Source: Fistulifera solaris
Lineage: Eukaryota
NCBI GenBank assembly: GCA_030295235.1
Contig: AP026123.1
Coordinates: 1,922,001-1,986,000, forward strand
Reading direction: 5' to 3'
DNA length: 64,000 bases
Below are positions 1 through 10,880 of this stretch, in pieces. Positions within the stretch are counted from its first letter, which is position 1, and every line of letters starts with the position of its first letter. Position numbers and translations under genes: made by a program. The notes under the pieces were generated by a model. The model saw nothing but the letters and a program-made list of their open reading frames with translations, was not told the origin of the DNA and searched no databases.

Positions 1-743
1 GGTCCATCGTGTGCTGAGTAATACTTAGGATGTGTACTACGGAGTAATGGTTATAGCTGTATCGTGAAGTGGAGAGAAGGGAAACAAGCCAACACAGTTA
101 GTTGTTTCTCATAATCTTTCCTCAAAGAGCAAGAAGTAAGATGAACAATTGGATTATAAGCTGTAAATTACCTTGTACCCGAGATACAGCAGCATGCAGC
201 ACGCGTTGTGTTTTGCGTGATAATTATTGATGATGTTGCTTGTTGGTGGAATACGGAAAAAAGTTTATGGTTTATGGCCATTTTCGCGTTTTTTGAACTG
301 ACACTCGTACATTCGTTGTGTAGGCAGATCGCCCAATCATAATCACTGATTTCAATTATGGATATACTCTGTACATAATTGTATCCGATAAGTGTTCTGT
401 TTTTGACGAATCCGTAGTAATGACGCAAACATGAAGTCAGAAATTTAACTATGGACATTATAGTATCATACTTCCTACTTATTACTATTTGCTAAAGACT
501 CCTCGTTCCTCGTCACTCGCAACTCGGGACTGTGTCAAGAGTCAAGAGTCGTCGTCAAGTTTGATTGATCGAGTGATAAATATTTTCATTGCATTACAAT
601 GCGATGCTCGATGCGATGCGATTGATCGATGATTATTGATTACTCCGGACAAGCACAGCTTCGTACTTCCTATAAATTATAGCTGCTCTTTTGTTTCAAA
701 TAGAAATTTCAAGATACCGGTACCAGGTATCAATCAACTGATC

Positions 744-1448
744 ATGTTTATTCGACAATCTTTCTCTCTGTTGTACCTCGTGTTGCCCACCCTCGCCCTC
801 ACGAATCTTCACTTTAAAATAAAGCGTTCCTGTTCACTTGCCGCTACTCTTATTTCGACGCGGAACGAGCTGGTTTGTGATATTGACAAAGCATTGTTTC
901 GCAACCAGAACCCTGATTCTCTCTTGCAGCGTCTTGAAAATCTAAATAAACTGGACGCCCCGAATCGATCCCCCCAACACGCTGGGTTATGGTATGTGTG
1001 GTACACCGATTGCCCGCCACCGTCGAACGGAAAGCTCGGTCCTTTCTCCGGATCCTCCCAACAATTTATTTCCTCAGAAGGAAATGGCTACCAGAACTTA
1101 CTAGATGTCAATGGCTGGTTGACAGCCACATTAGACGGAAAATGGGAAGAATGGGACGGGCGGCTACTTGAAGAAAGTCCAATGGATGCAGAAAGTGACA
1201 CAAAAGAATCTCGGGACTGGGGTGCCAATCACTGGAAAGTGACATTCATCAGGCTGCAAATCGCTTTGTTTGGCTTGCCAATATTTACACAAACGTTTCC
1301 ACCGAAAACTTCTCGGATCTGGCGAACTACGTTTCTCGACGACGACATCCGGATTGTTCGAGCCGGAAGAACAGGCCGTCGCGAAGATGAATCCGTCTTT
1401 TATACCAAACGCACACCACCACCCGGCGGAAAGGTAGCATCGCCGTAA
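744..1448 (+). CDS. PAP/fibrillin-domain (plastid lipid-associated) protein
   Basis: ORF with first ATG at 744; N-terminal hydrophobic signal; fibrillin-like beta-barrel ending WRTTFLDDDIRIVRAG. Confidence 0.7.
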   Translation: MFIRQSFSLLYLVLPTLALTNLHFKIKRSCSLAATLISTRNELVCDIDKALFRNQNPDSLLQRLENLNKLDAPNRSPQHAGLWYVWYTDCPPPSNGKLGPFSGSSQQFISSEGNGYQNLLDVNGWLTATLDGKWEEWDGRLLEESPMDAESDTKESRDWGANHWKVTFIRLQIALFGLPIFTQTFPPKTSRIWRTTFLDDDIRIVRAGRTGRREDESVFYTKRTPPPGGKVASP

Positions 1449-1506
1449 ATAAATAGCATTCGAATGTTATATCTATTTTTAGCTTGCAAAAACTTCCCCT
1501 CACGTG

Positions 1507-2259
1507 TCATGTGGCGCGAAGATCAATAGGTCTTGAAGGATTGATTAGGTCATTTCGCACCTGAACGACAATCAGGCCTCGTCGTTCCCAATCTCCTGCC
1601 GTGCTTTCTGTATCCTGGGGACTCACAAATATGCGGAGATCGGAATCACCGTACAGTACGCGTAGCACCGATGATCCCTGAATGGGTAATTTCAAAGCGA
1701 ACGACCCCAGATGCAGCGACACTTGTGTCACCGTTACGATGTAATCGTCAGGGCACTCTTTTCGTAGCGACGATGGCTGTCCAAAACTCAACCAAGGAAA
1801 AGGCCCTCTGTTTTTCTTTTGCGCGACTGTTGCCTGAAAGGTTCCTTCCGCACGTAAATGTACGCTGGGTCCAAGCAGTTCACTGTAATTGACAACTCGC
1901 AGTGCTTCTCCGTCCTCAAAATACTGCTGACCCGCAACGGTTTGTTCCGGAACGAACGAAAGACGTTTCCAAAGCGGTGGTGATTGATTCGGGAGTACAA
2001 TGCTGCAGAAAAATGGACCCAACAAAGATTCGTTTGGGTCGTACTTGTGTCGCTGGGACGAAAATAAGTCCTCTACTAAAAAACTCAAATCATCCTTCCG
2101 ATTCTCCAATATTGCATCTAGTAGCCTGTCACGAGTAGAGAGTGCGACCGAGGATAAACCTCGGGAGAGTTCTGATTGCTGCTTGAATTGGAAAGCAGAG
2201 CTCATTGCAACGCACAATGAGCTGAAAAGGACCGTGCTAGATAATCTCAAAGGTCTCAT
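1507..2259 (-). CDS. PAP/fibrillin-like protein with bipartite plastid signal
   Basis: Signal peptide plus SSAFQ (ASAFAP-like); GQQY..VVNYSEL..G and LRVLYGDSDLRIF motifs. Confidence 0.65.
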   Translation of the reverse strand: MRPLRLSSTVLFSSLCVAMSSAFQFKQQSELSRGLSSVALSTRDRLLDAILENRKDDLSFLVEDLFSSQRHKYDPNESLLGPFFCSIVLPNQSPPLWKRLSFVPEQTVAGQQYFEDGEALRVVNYSELLGPSVHLRAEGTFQATVAQKKNRGPFPWLSFGQPSSLRKECPDDYIVTVTQVSLHLGSFALKLPIQGSSVLRVLYGDSDLRIFVSPQDTESTAGDWERRGLIVVQVRNDLINPSRPIDLRAT

Positions 2260-2669
2260 TTTTTCAATCACTGAAAGAACCCCGATTTTTTGGTCTTGTC
2301 AACAAGTGCTTCGTCAAACTGTGATAAAAGCACAATGTGATTTCGGTGATTACAAGGAATGGTTTTTAGATGATAGGCAGCGACGATAGAGTTGTCTGAG
2401 ATGCTTTATCCGATATCTTCATTGTTGCCGTTTTTGTTTGCGTCGAAAATCGAAGGTCGAAAAAATGATGGTTCAAAAGAATATTTTATCGTACCGGTTA
2501 TGGATACTACTGGATCCGGGACCCACTCACGTTTTGCAAGCAACGATTGTTTTTCGCGACGCGATCATCGACGTCGAGGGCGTTATTGCCATTGCGAAGA
2601 GGATGCAACAAATCATCAGTTCGAATTAGCTATTAGCTAACTACCTCTACAATACATAATAGCCGTATC

Positions 2670-3900
2670 ATGACTAAGTTCTACTTACTAACTGGAGATA
2701 TCGGGGGAACCAATTCCCGCATTTCCTTGTACGATCCGGCGATCAAAGAGCCGCTTTTTCGTCCATTTTTTCCGGAATGCGGAGCACTTGCCGGAAAAAA
2801 GTCTCAGCGATCCAAATGCATTCGCTCAAAACATTCTAACGCCCTTTTTAAGAGATCATTGCGGATCAATTTTCGAGACGGGTGAATCTATTGCCATTAA
2901 TGCTTGCTTGGCATCCGCTGGTCTGGTTCAAGGCAATGCCGTTCGACTCACCAATTTGGGTAATTTACTCATTGACGGCAACGCCATAGCATCATCGACG
3001 ACGAACCGTTATCTCGAAAGTATTGTATCGTGTCGAATCGTGAATGACTTTGTGGCACAAGGATACGGCTGCTTGACGCTGACGCAGGATGAAGTCATTT
3101 ACCTTTCGGGGCCCTATGAAAATCTTCAACATCTACCCGAGGGTCCCAAAGTGTGCGTCGGAGCAGGTACCGGCCTCGGAGAGTGCTACTTGACACCCTC
3201 TCCGTCTGGGTATGTATGTCACCCGAGTGAGGGAGGGCACGTCGAATACGCTCCTCGATCGGAATTGCAGCAAAAGCTATGGTCCTTCTTGTGCAAGAAA
3301 TTTCAGATCTCGCGAGTGTCCGTGGAGAGGGTCGTCAGTGGTACAGGACTCGTCAATGTATACGAATTCCTTACGAACACATTTTACGATAAAATCGATA
3401 TGACGCTTCACAAGGAGTTTGAGAAGACCGATCCCGACCAACGCGCCCGTGTCGTGGCCACGGGTGCTCACAACGATTCCCAACTCGCCAAACAGGCTAT
3501 GCAAATTCTCATGCAAGCGTACGGTGCCGAAGTCGGATCCTCGGCAATCAAATGGATACCGCATGGTGGCTTGTTTGTGACCGGAGGGTTGACGCCGAAG
3601 AATCTTTCGTTTGTGAAAGGACCCGATTTTATGGATGCTTATCGTGACAAAGGTCGAGTGTCACCTTTATTGGAGAAAATTCCATTGTTTGCTGTTTTAG
3701 GAGAGGATCTAGGTATTCGTGGGGTCCACAAAGTCGCTTTGCAAGAGTATGAGCAGAGCAAAGGAAGAATGCCTGCAAAACCTGAGACTGCGTCTCGTGT
3801 TCCTTGGATGTCCTATACCTTGATCGGGCTTCTTGGAGCTGCCTCTGGAATCTTCCTTTCAAGAACCCAGTTTTCAAAGAAAATTTTATCTTTCAAGTAA
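2670..3900 (+). CDS. glk: Bacterial-type glucokinase with C-terminal hydrophobic tail (one +1 homopolymer frameshift near 2755)
   Basis: GDIGGTNSR, NDFVAQGYG, GAGTGLG, SEGGH and ERVVSG motifs; removing one T joins ORFs 2670 and 2788. Confidence 0.9.
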
Positions 3901-3957
3901 AGTAACTATTTTTCAATTTATTGAAACTAGTGCATCTTGTGCTCATCATCGACATCA

Positions 3958-4409
3958 CTACCATTCCAACGTTTGCGGGACGTTCTTCTGATCGCGAGCG
4001 AGAGTCGCCTCTTTCATCACTTTTTCCAAGGACAACATAGGCAAGCCAAATTGCGTCGCAACTACTTTGAACCGTGCCCGCACACGCTGCATCTGTTCTC
4101 GAACGGTTTTTGTTTCTTCGGAAGCGCTGTTTTGAAACACTACGTCAGGGTCGGGAAAGTCTGCCAGGGCCTGTTGTAACGAATCCGGTTCTTCTTTTCA
4201 TTTTCGCTGCAGCTGTTTTCACTTAAAATCTGTGCGCAGCCCTGAATGAACCCCAGTTCCATACCATAATCGATAGCGGTAGTTCGCCCCAATTGGTAGC
4301 CTTCCTGGAAACCATGCAAGAGGCCATCTTTCGTGCCTTCGTCTCGTCCTTCTTGCTGATAAGCCGTTACAAAACGATCCGTATCCAACCAGTCGTCATT
4401 ATCCGTCAT
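3958..4409 (-). CDS. LTO1: LTO1/ORAOV1-like (Yae1_N GX3 repeat) protein, frameshifted near 4190
   Basis: EGRDEG..DGLLHGFQEGYQLG...GMELGFIQG repeat; C-terminal MQRVRARFK in the second frame. Confidence 0.7.
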
Positions 4410-5046
4410 CGAATGCGGCTTGCTAACGTTGTGTTAAGTTCTCTTCGATGATGTAGCAATATCGGCAAATGTGTTGCTTGGTATTGCTCTTGTCGTTGCG
4501 ATTGTTGCGAACGAATGAGGAATGAAGAATGAAAGACGAAATGCGACTGTCTTTTTTACTTTACGTAGTACCTGATCGTGTCCGAGCAGTGATAAATACC
4601 CTAGTAAAAATATTGACCATTTTGAATTGAATCCGTGTCTGGTGTCTGGATCCTGGATCCAAAGCTAAGGTTATGATTTCCCCTCGCGTGACACTCGAAT
4701 GTGTCTAGACTGAAGGAATTTTCCAGGGACTAACTTGTCGTTATCTCCAGCATTTTGTTGCCTGTTCATACAAAGTATGCATGTAACCCCTTGAGCGGGA
4801 GTTCAGGATCGATTTACGTAGACGTTGCTTGAACCAAGAAGAGTTTATAATTCCAACGGCTCATCGCGCCCAAAAATGCTGTAAAGTTTAGTAAATGACA
4901 AGGGCATTGCTTTAATTATAGGTATCACTACTTATGAACAAGTTCCTCAGCATATTATGATATGACCCCATTCAAGAAAGCAATTTATAGATCATCCAAT
5001 CATCATGGATACTCGAGAAGCAAGGTCTCATCGAATGATTATTTGA

Positions 5047-5712
5047 TCACCGTTTTAAATTGTTTAATCGAGCTTCCAAATCGGAAAGTGCTGGATCGTC
5101 CGACGCACCCGCAGCAACTGCTACTTTACCAGATTCACTCTCTGCGTGACTTATCATACCCGCAGCTGCCTCCGGTAATTCTTCTCCAAATGATATTCCT
5201 ATTTCATCCAGAACTTGATTCACGACACGATCTTCCTCCTCTTCAGCTGTTTCGTCTGCCATTGCATCATCGATAGCATCCCCCATGACGTCCTGCATCA
5301 TTTCAGTTCGGGCGTTCTCTCGTTCGAAGTCAGCTAACATCTTTGTTATAGTCTGCACATTGACGGCTTTGTTCATTTTCGCCATAACTTTCGCTGTACT
5401 TTGCATTGCTGACGCCATGGCTTCATGCGACTTAAGAGTTTGCAGCTTGAGCGCGACTCCCTGCAGATGACTCCGCATTTCAACAAACTTTGCGACATGT
5501 TGACGTGTCCGGACCAGATCTTTGGCTAAAATCTTCACAGTTGTCATCTGATTCTCCCGAGCAGCTTTCTTAATTTCCATCGTTAAGCGTTTCTCTTCCT
5601 TTTCCAGTTGGGCTTTCTCGCGGTCAAGCTCGCGGACGGCACGAGTGATCATACGCTTGTTCTCGCGCAGCACTTCTTTGAGCGGCTTATCCCTACCCAG
5701 TAAATTTCCCAT
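5047..5712 (-). CDS. VPS2: ESCRT-III subunit VPS2/CHMP2A
   Basis: Snf7 family; AKDLVRTR, LKLQTLKS and C-terminal MIM1 DLEARLNNLKR. Confidence 0.95.
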   Translation of the reverse strand: MGNLLGRDKPLKEVLRENKRMITRAVRELDREKAQLEKEEKRLTMEIKKAARENQMTTVKILAKDLVRTRQHVAKFVEMRSHLQGVALKLQTLKSHEAMASAMQSTAKVMAKMNKAVNVQTITKMLADFERENARTEMMQDVMGDAIDDAMADETAEEEEDRVVNQVLDEIGISFGEELPEAAAGMISHAESESGKVAVAAGASDDPALSDLEARLNNLKR

Positions 5713-6243
5713 ATTTTGTGACAGAGAGGAGAGAAACGTGTTTATTGCAGTTGATTTGGAAGATAGTCGCCTTGCATGCGGATTATCATTGTTATTGAGC
5801 CGCTTTGCAGCGGCATCGCGTAAAACCCAACGGAATTTTTTGTCTTGCTTTCTGGGTCGTGCAGCAGTTACACTACGGTTAAGCGTTAAGCCAAATGGTG
5901 ACTCCGAATAGTAGCCTTAACCTTAAACGATGCTATACATGAATCCAAGAACACTCTCAGTACAAAAGCAATGTAGAGTTAACGTAGGATAGACAGCGAA
6001 ATGCAACCTTATGCCTGGCATTTTTGAAGTTTTCGTTCTTCTTGTTCGCGGCATTCGATGTCAGAATTTCAATAGCCTTTTCCAGAGTCTGGCGATCTAC
6101 CGTCAATTTTACCTTCACCCCATTCAATCTCCGTTCTTTGTTGATCGGAAAGAAACTGTGAAGAACACACAGCGGCGTTGATCGTTGCAATCATTCTTCT
6201 CCACCTTGTTGTAAATACAGACTTTGTCGATTACTTTGACATC

Positions 6244-7769
6244 ATGGATACATTCGATGTTGACCTGTTTGCGAAGTATCTTTTAAATGATAATATCGGA
6301 GAAACGAACGGGGGCGCCCCGTTCGACTTCAGGTAAGTTGAAGTCTTCCTTCCGAAGCCAAAACATGACCACTCGCGATACGCAACTGCCCATGATGTAA
6401 ACACTACATCATGACCTGTAATCTAATTTTGTCTCACTTTACGAAGCAATTACGGTGATGACAGCGACGACCTGCTATCTGAGGATAATGCGGACGATGA
6501 TTTTTTAGCCCCGAATTACTCCAAAACTTCTCTGCTTTCCGATGACACTTTTCCGCAACCCATTGTCAGCACGTCAGTAATTCAGCCAACTATCTCGATG
6601 ACAGCGTACAATCGAATTAATCCTCCAGCTGCGACAGGAGTTGCCACCAGTGTAGCTGCCTTCCAGAAAACTGCCTACAATCCTGCTGGCACCACCAGCG
6701 TTCCATTGTTGCACTCATCGGGGCTCGGCGACGCTAGTCTTGGCGCGTTCAACTATATTGTCACTCTACCGTCAGTTACACCAACTACTGTAGCTACGAA
6801 TGCACCAGCAACAGAGATTTTTTTCTTTGTTGTCGTCTCAAGCGCCAACTCTCGGCATGCCAAAGATCCCAGCGCCAACCAACATGACAACACTACCAAA
6901 AGCTACCCAGCCGAAACCTAGCAAAAAGCGATCAGCACCCGTCGACGCTTTTGAATTTTTAATGCAACAGCAGGAACAGGAGGATGACGATAACGAGGAG
7001 GATGTTTCGGAAGAAGAGCCGGAAGAGAGGACACCGACCGGTCGACCTAAGAAAAAGAAATCAATCGTGCAGAAGGAGCGCCGGCGTGAACGAAATCGAC
7101 TTCTTGCTAAAAAAGACACGCGAGAAAAAGAGAGGCTATTTGGAAACATTGCAGATGGAGGTTCTTGCATTGCAGCGAGAGAACTACAAACTTCGAGACT
7201 TGGTCAAGTCGGAGGTCGTGAATTCGGAAGAGATATTACAGGGCTGTAACGCTTTAGAAAGTGTGCCTCAGTCTGTACTGGATGCGTGTAAGCAAATGGA
7301 GCAAGCAGACCCCGAACATCTATTCGACATGGCGAGCCGAATAAAGACTTCGCAGCACGCTTTCATCATTACTGATCCCAGTTTGCCGGACAACCCCATT
7401 GTTTTCGCATCGGGGGATTTCTTGAAACTTACCGGATACGATCGCTCGCAAGTTCTTGGTCGCAATTGTCGCTTTCTACAAGGTCCGAACACGAACAGTG
7501 CCAAAATTGAGACAATAAGAACCGCGTTAGCGACCGGCGAAGACATGAGTGTTACTTTACTCAATTACCGCGCCGACGCGACTCCATTCTGGAACCAACT
7601 ATTCATTGCCGCGTTGCGGAATGCTAATAGTGAAATTGTTAATTACATGGGCGTCATCGTGGAGGTGACTGGCCCGGCACCAGGCGACCCTGAGCACGGT
7701 AAAGCATTGCCGAGAACGGTAGTCGGCGCTAACGCGACGCCGGACATAGACACAGCAGCCGTCGGTTAA
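6244..7769 (+). CDS. AUREO2: Aureochrome (bZIP-LOV), class 2-like; intron 6333-6446; +1 homopolymer shifts at about 6820 and 7110
   Basis: bZIP basic region ERRRERNRLLAKKTREKKR; LOV core GRNCRFLQG; C-terminal GVIV...PGDPEH resembles the AUREO2 clade. Confidence 0.88.
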
Positions 7770-8858
7770 TCTGCTCCCAGTTCACATTGATCTCGTTTCG
7801 TACCTTCTATCTCGTGAAGTACGATGTCTGAATGAATCGGAGCCTCGTAATGCATTGAACCAAATGTGATTATAATAAATAGAAACAGTCAAAAGGGCGT
7901 TTTGTTGAACTCTATCAGCCTCTAGCATCTGATGAGGGCTGTCAATTTATCGACTTATCAGACTAGAATCTCGCTGCTAGACCTAGTTAGCTGCGATGCT
8001 TGCGGCCTCTCCCAATAAACCGATTTCGACGAGCAACTCCGCGCGACGCCTAAACCTTTAAGTGGAACGTAAATTTTTTTATTTTCACTTCCAGTTTCCT
8101 CCTTCTAGAGCATCGGGTACGGGTAAACTATGGTGAACTTAGTGTTTGACGCGTGGTGTAGGTTTCATAGGCAAGCAGGGGCAAGGCAGATGCGATGCGG
8201 TGATGAGGTTAGAACTCAAGCTAGCTACTAGAGTTGATTATTATTGTTAGGTGTTTTGTGATAGAAAAGGGCTGTAGAACTGTAGAACACGCAATACGAA
8301 AGGTGAAAGACGAAGGAAGAACGTATTTGTCCGAAACAGGTGATTTCTACGTGCGCGCTACGTGTTCGTACGCACTTTGAGTTCAGAAAGTAAGGCTTAT
8401 GGCGCATGCCTTCTTTTGTTCTTTCGGCCAATCAAGGAGAGACATTTCCAGTTTCCAGTCGTCGCACTGCAAAGTTGAACTTGATCAGAAAATGAGGATA
8501 TTTGATTGTACTCATTGCTCTACTTATTATTGAATCTTCAACCGAGTTCTGCTGTCACTATGGACTGAGAAGTGATTGTTCAGTCGGGTCATTTTTACAT
8601 CATCGGAGTGAGAGCGTGACCTAGGAAACTCCTTACAAAGTCGTCATAGTAGGTCGTTGATTTTGTACACGTCGCCTGTTTTTCCGTTGTGCTTGGCTTG
8701 TGCCTGGGGCTATAGAAGCCAAATGTATTTGTACGGTTCATTTTCGTGCAGGAATGCAGGAATTGAAAAGACACCGAAGGAAAACGGCGGTTCCTTCGTC
8801 TTTCTCATTAACCGTTCGCCTTGCTCAATCATCAAAATCATCGTCGACTGCATCCACC

Positions 8859-9783
8859 ATGGCTCATGTCTTTGAAAGCATTGCCGAACAACCAGTTGCA
8901 TGGGGAGAGAGCGACATCGATGAAATGCTAGCTGAGTATCTCTTGGATGATGTTGCCGAGGAAGCAGGAGCAACGCTGCCCTACAACGAGTAAGTCTCGA
9001 GGCGCGGAAGATTGGCCGTCGTAAGCATTACGGGCATCTCACTCCTTAACTTTCTCAAATAACAGTCACGACGAAGTGAGAAAGCGATCCCGAGTTTCGC
9101 CTGAGCATATCGAAGACGGCAACACGCCGCCTAATCTTATTGTTCCCCAAAATTCTCTTTCAAGCGGACCCACTCCGGATGCATGTGTCCCTGACCCGCT
9201 TTCTCGTAGCCTGCCCCAGGGTTTCCGAATCATACAGACACCTTTAGTCGCAATCGAACCGAAGAACGCTAGTCTATCCAGCTCGGAGTTCTTGATTGAC
9301 GAGAAAGAGCTCGCTGAAGCCGTCTCCAAAGCTATGGAAGTACCGGTGTTCGCACCTGTTCCGATTTCTCCGGTTGAAAAGAAGACTACAAAGCGTCGTC
9401 GGACAGATGCCGCATCCAAATCCGCAATACAGCCTGCTGCAAGCCAAATACTTCCCAACGGTGAAGGGAAAATGGCACTTTCTGTGGAACCCGTCAAAAG
9501 CACTCGTCGCAAGGATTGCCCGGAAGAGCATGAACGACGCCGAGAGCGCAACCGTGTCCTTGCTCGCAAAAGTCGCCAAAAGAAAAAGAGTTTGTTCGAA
9601 ACTCTTCAGAAGGAAGTGGCTCGATTGAACCATCACAATCAAATCATGAGAGAAATCATTACCACAAAGATGGGCATCACTGATTTAGACACTATTTTGA
9701 ATCAGTATGCTCCGCAGGCGGATGATGATTCGGTGGATCACGGAATGGAAGCCGCTAGCGTTTCCGGATCCGATTCTGACTAA
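8859..9783 (+). CDS. bZIP transcription factor, aureochrome-like bZIP without LOV; intron 8990-9065
   Basis: GT-AG intron joins ORFs 8700 and 9076 in frame; ERRRERNRVLARKSRQKKK plus leucine zipper. Confidence 0.85.
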
Positions 9784-10102
9784 TGGGAAAGCCGTGTCCC
9801 GCTGAATGCAATGCTTTTCTATACTGTATGCTTCGCATTTCCCCAATTGAATGACAACCAACATGAATATTATGCCTCGCCAAGTCTACCTCACCAAAAA
9901 TATTATATTATGCTAAAAAGATCGCGCCATTTGTAAGCTCATTATGTAAAAAATTAATCATGTGAAAGTCTATTTTGTTTTTATTTCCAGGAAGGAATTA
10001 TTACAGCTGTGAAGACGACGGCGGCGAACGCGTTGCATTGTAAAAAGGATGAGTACAGTCATGGATGTTCAGAGACGTGTTTCAAGATCAATGCTATTTC
10101 GT

Positions 10103-10636
10103 CTATTGATCGCTGGACATGATGCGACAAAAGCTTTCAAAGTTGATCTTTGCATCAGGGGAGAAATAGGAAGCTATTAATCGAGCCTGTGCCTCGGTCA
10201 TGTCCTCTCCCAAAATTTCACCGGAATGCCGCATAAAATCTTCCGAACTAATGTACCCCTTTCCAGATGTATCGAGGAGACGGAAAGCTTCTTTCAGAAC
10301 GGTAAGCCGATTTCGTTTAAACTGTTATATAAAAAAATCAGGACCTTTAGTGTCAGATGCCATGTTGCGTAGCAGAAATGACATGAGAGCTTGAATTCCC
10401 TAATTCACCTTTGATAGTATTTTGAGAACGTCATCGACAGAGAGCAAGCTTCCCAAATCTAGCTCCAGCATTTGCTCGAAATCGTTCAGTTGAATCCTTT
10501 CGGGTTGAAAGCCAAGTCCCAAGTACAAACTATAGAATTCTGCGGTCGATAAGCAGCCGTCATGATCCGAGTCGAGTATTTCAAATGAATCTCGGATATC
10601 GTGCTCGTCCCTGGGGTCCATTTCAATCCTTGTCAT
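10103..10636 (-). CDS. Centrin/calmodulin-like EF-hand protein; intron about 10322-10408
   Basis: EF hands FEILDSDHDGCLSTAEF and (exon 2) EAFRLLDTSGKGYISSEDF. Confidence 0.8.
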
Positions 10637-10880
10637 TGTCTTATGAATCAGCGAAGGCAGGTTTCGATTGTGACGCATTCCACATTTTAAAATAGCAACA
10701 AACACCCAAGCATGAATAATGAAAAGCAACATTGCGGGTGCGAACGAACCCAGAGCGGGTTTAGGGTTAAGTTGAAATAAATTACTCCGTACTCCGGAGT
10801 GAGTAGTCTATAAAACTAAGGACGAGAGTCATCTTAGTCTCTCTATTGTTTAGCTCTTGTCTAGAAACTTATTTCTGATT

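Noticed and set aside
1..200. Possible 5' end of a minus-strand gene with a UTR intron (ATG at 7)
   Set aside because: Truncated by the window edge; cannot verify
4560..4610. TPP riboswitch (ACCTGATC-like motif here; also looked near the TPK genes)
   Set aside because: Lacks the CTGAGA and P4/P5 architecture
7105..7120. Programmed frameshift in the aureochrome bZIP
   Set aside because: Same signature as the many homopolymer errors elsewhere
10755..10770. Telomeric TTAGGG
   Set aside because: Single occurrence only
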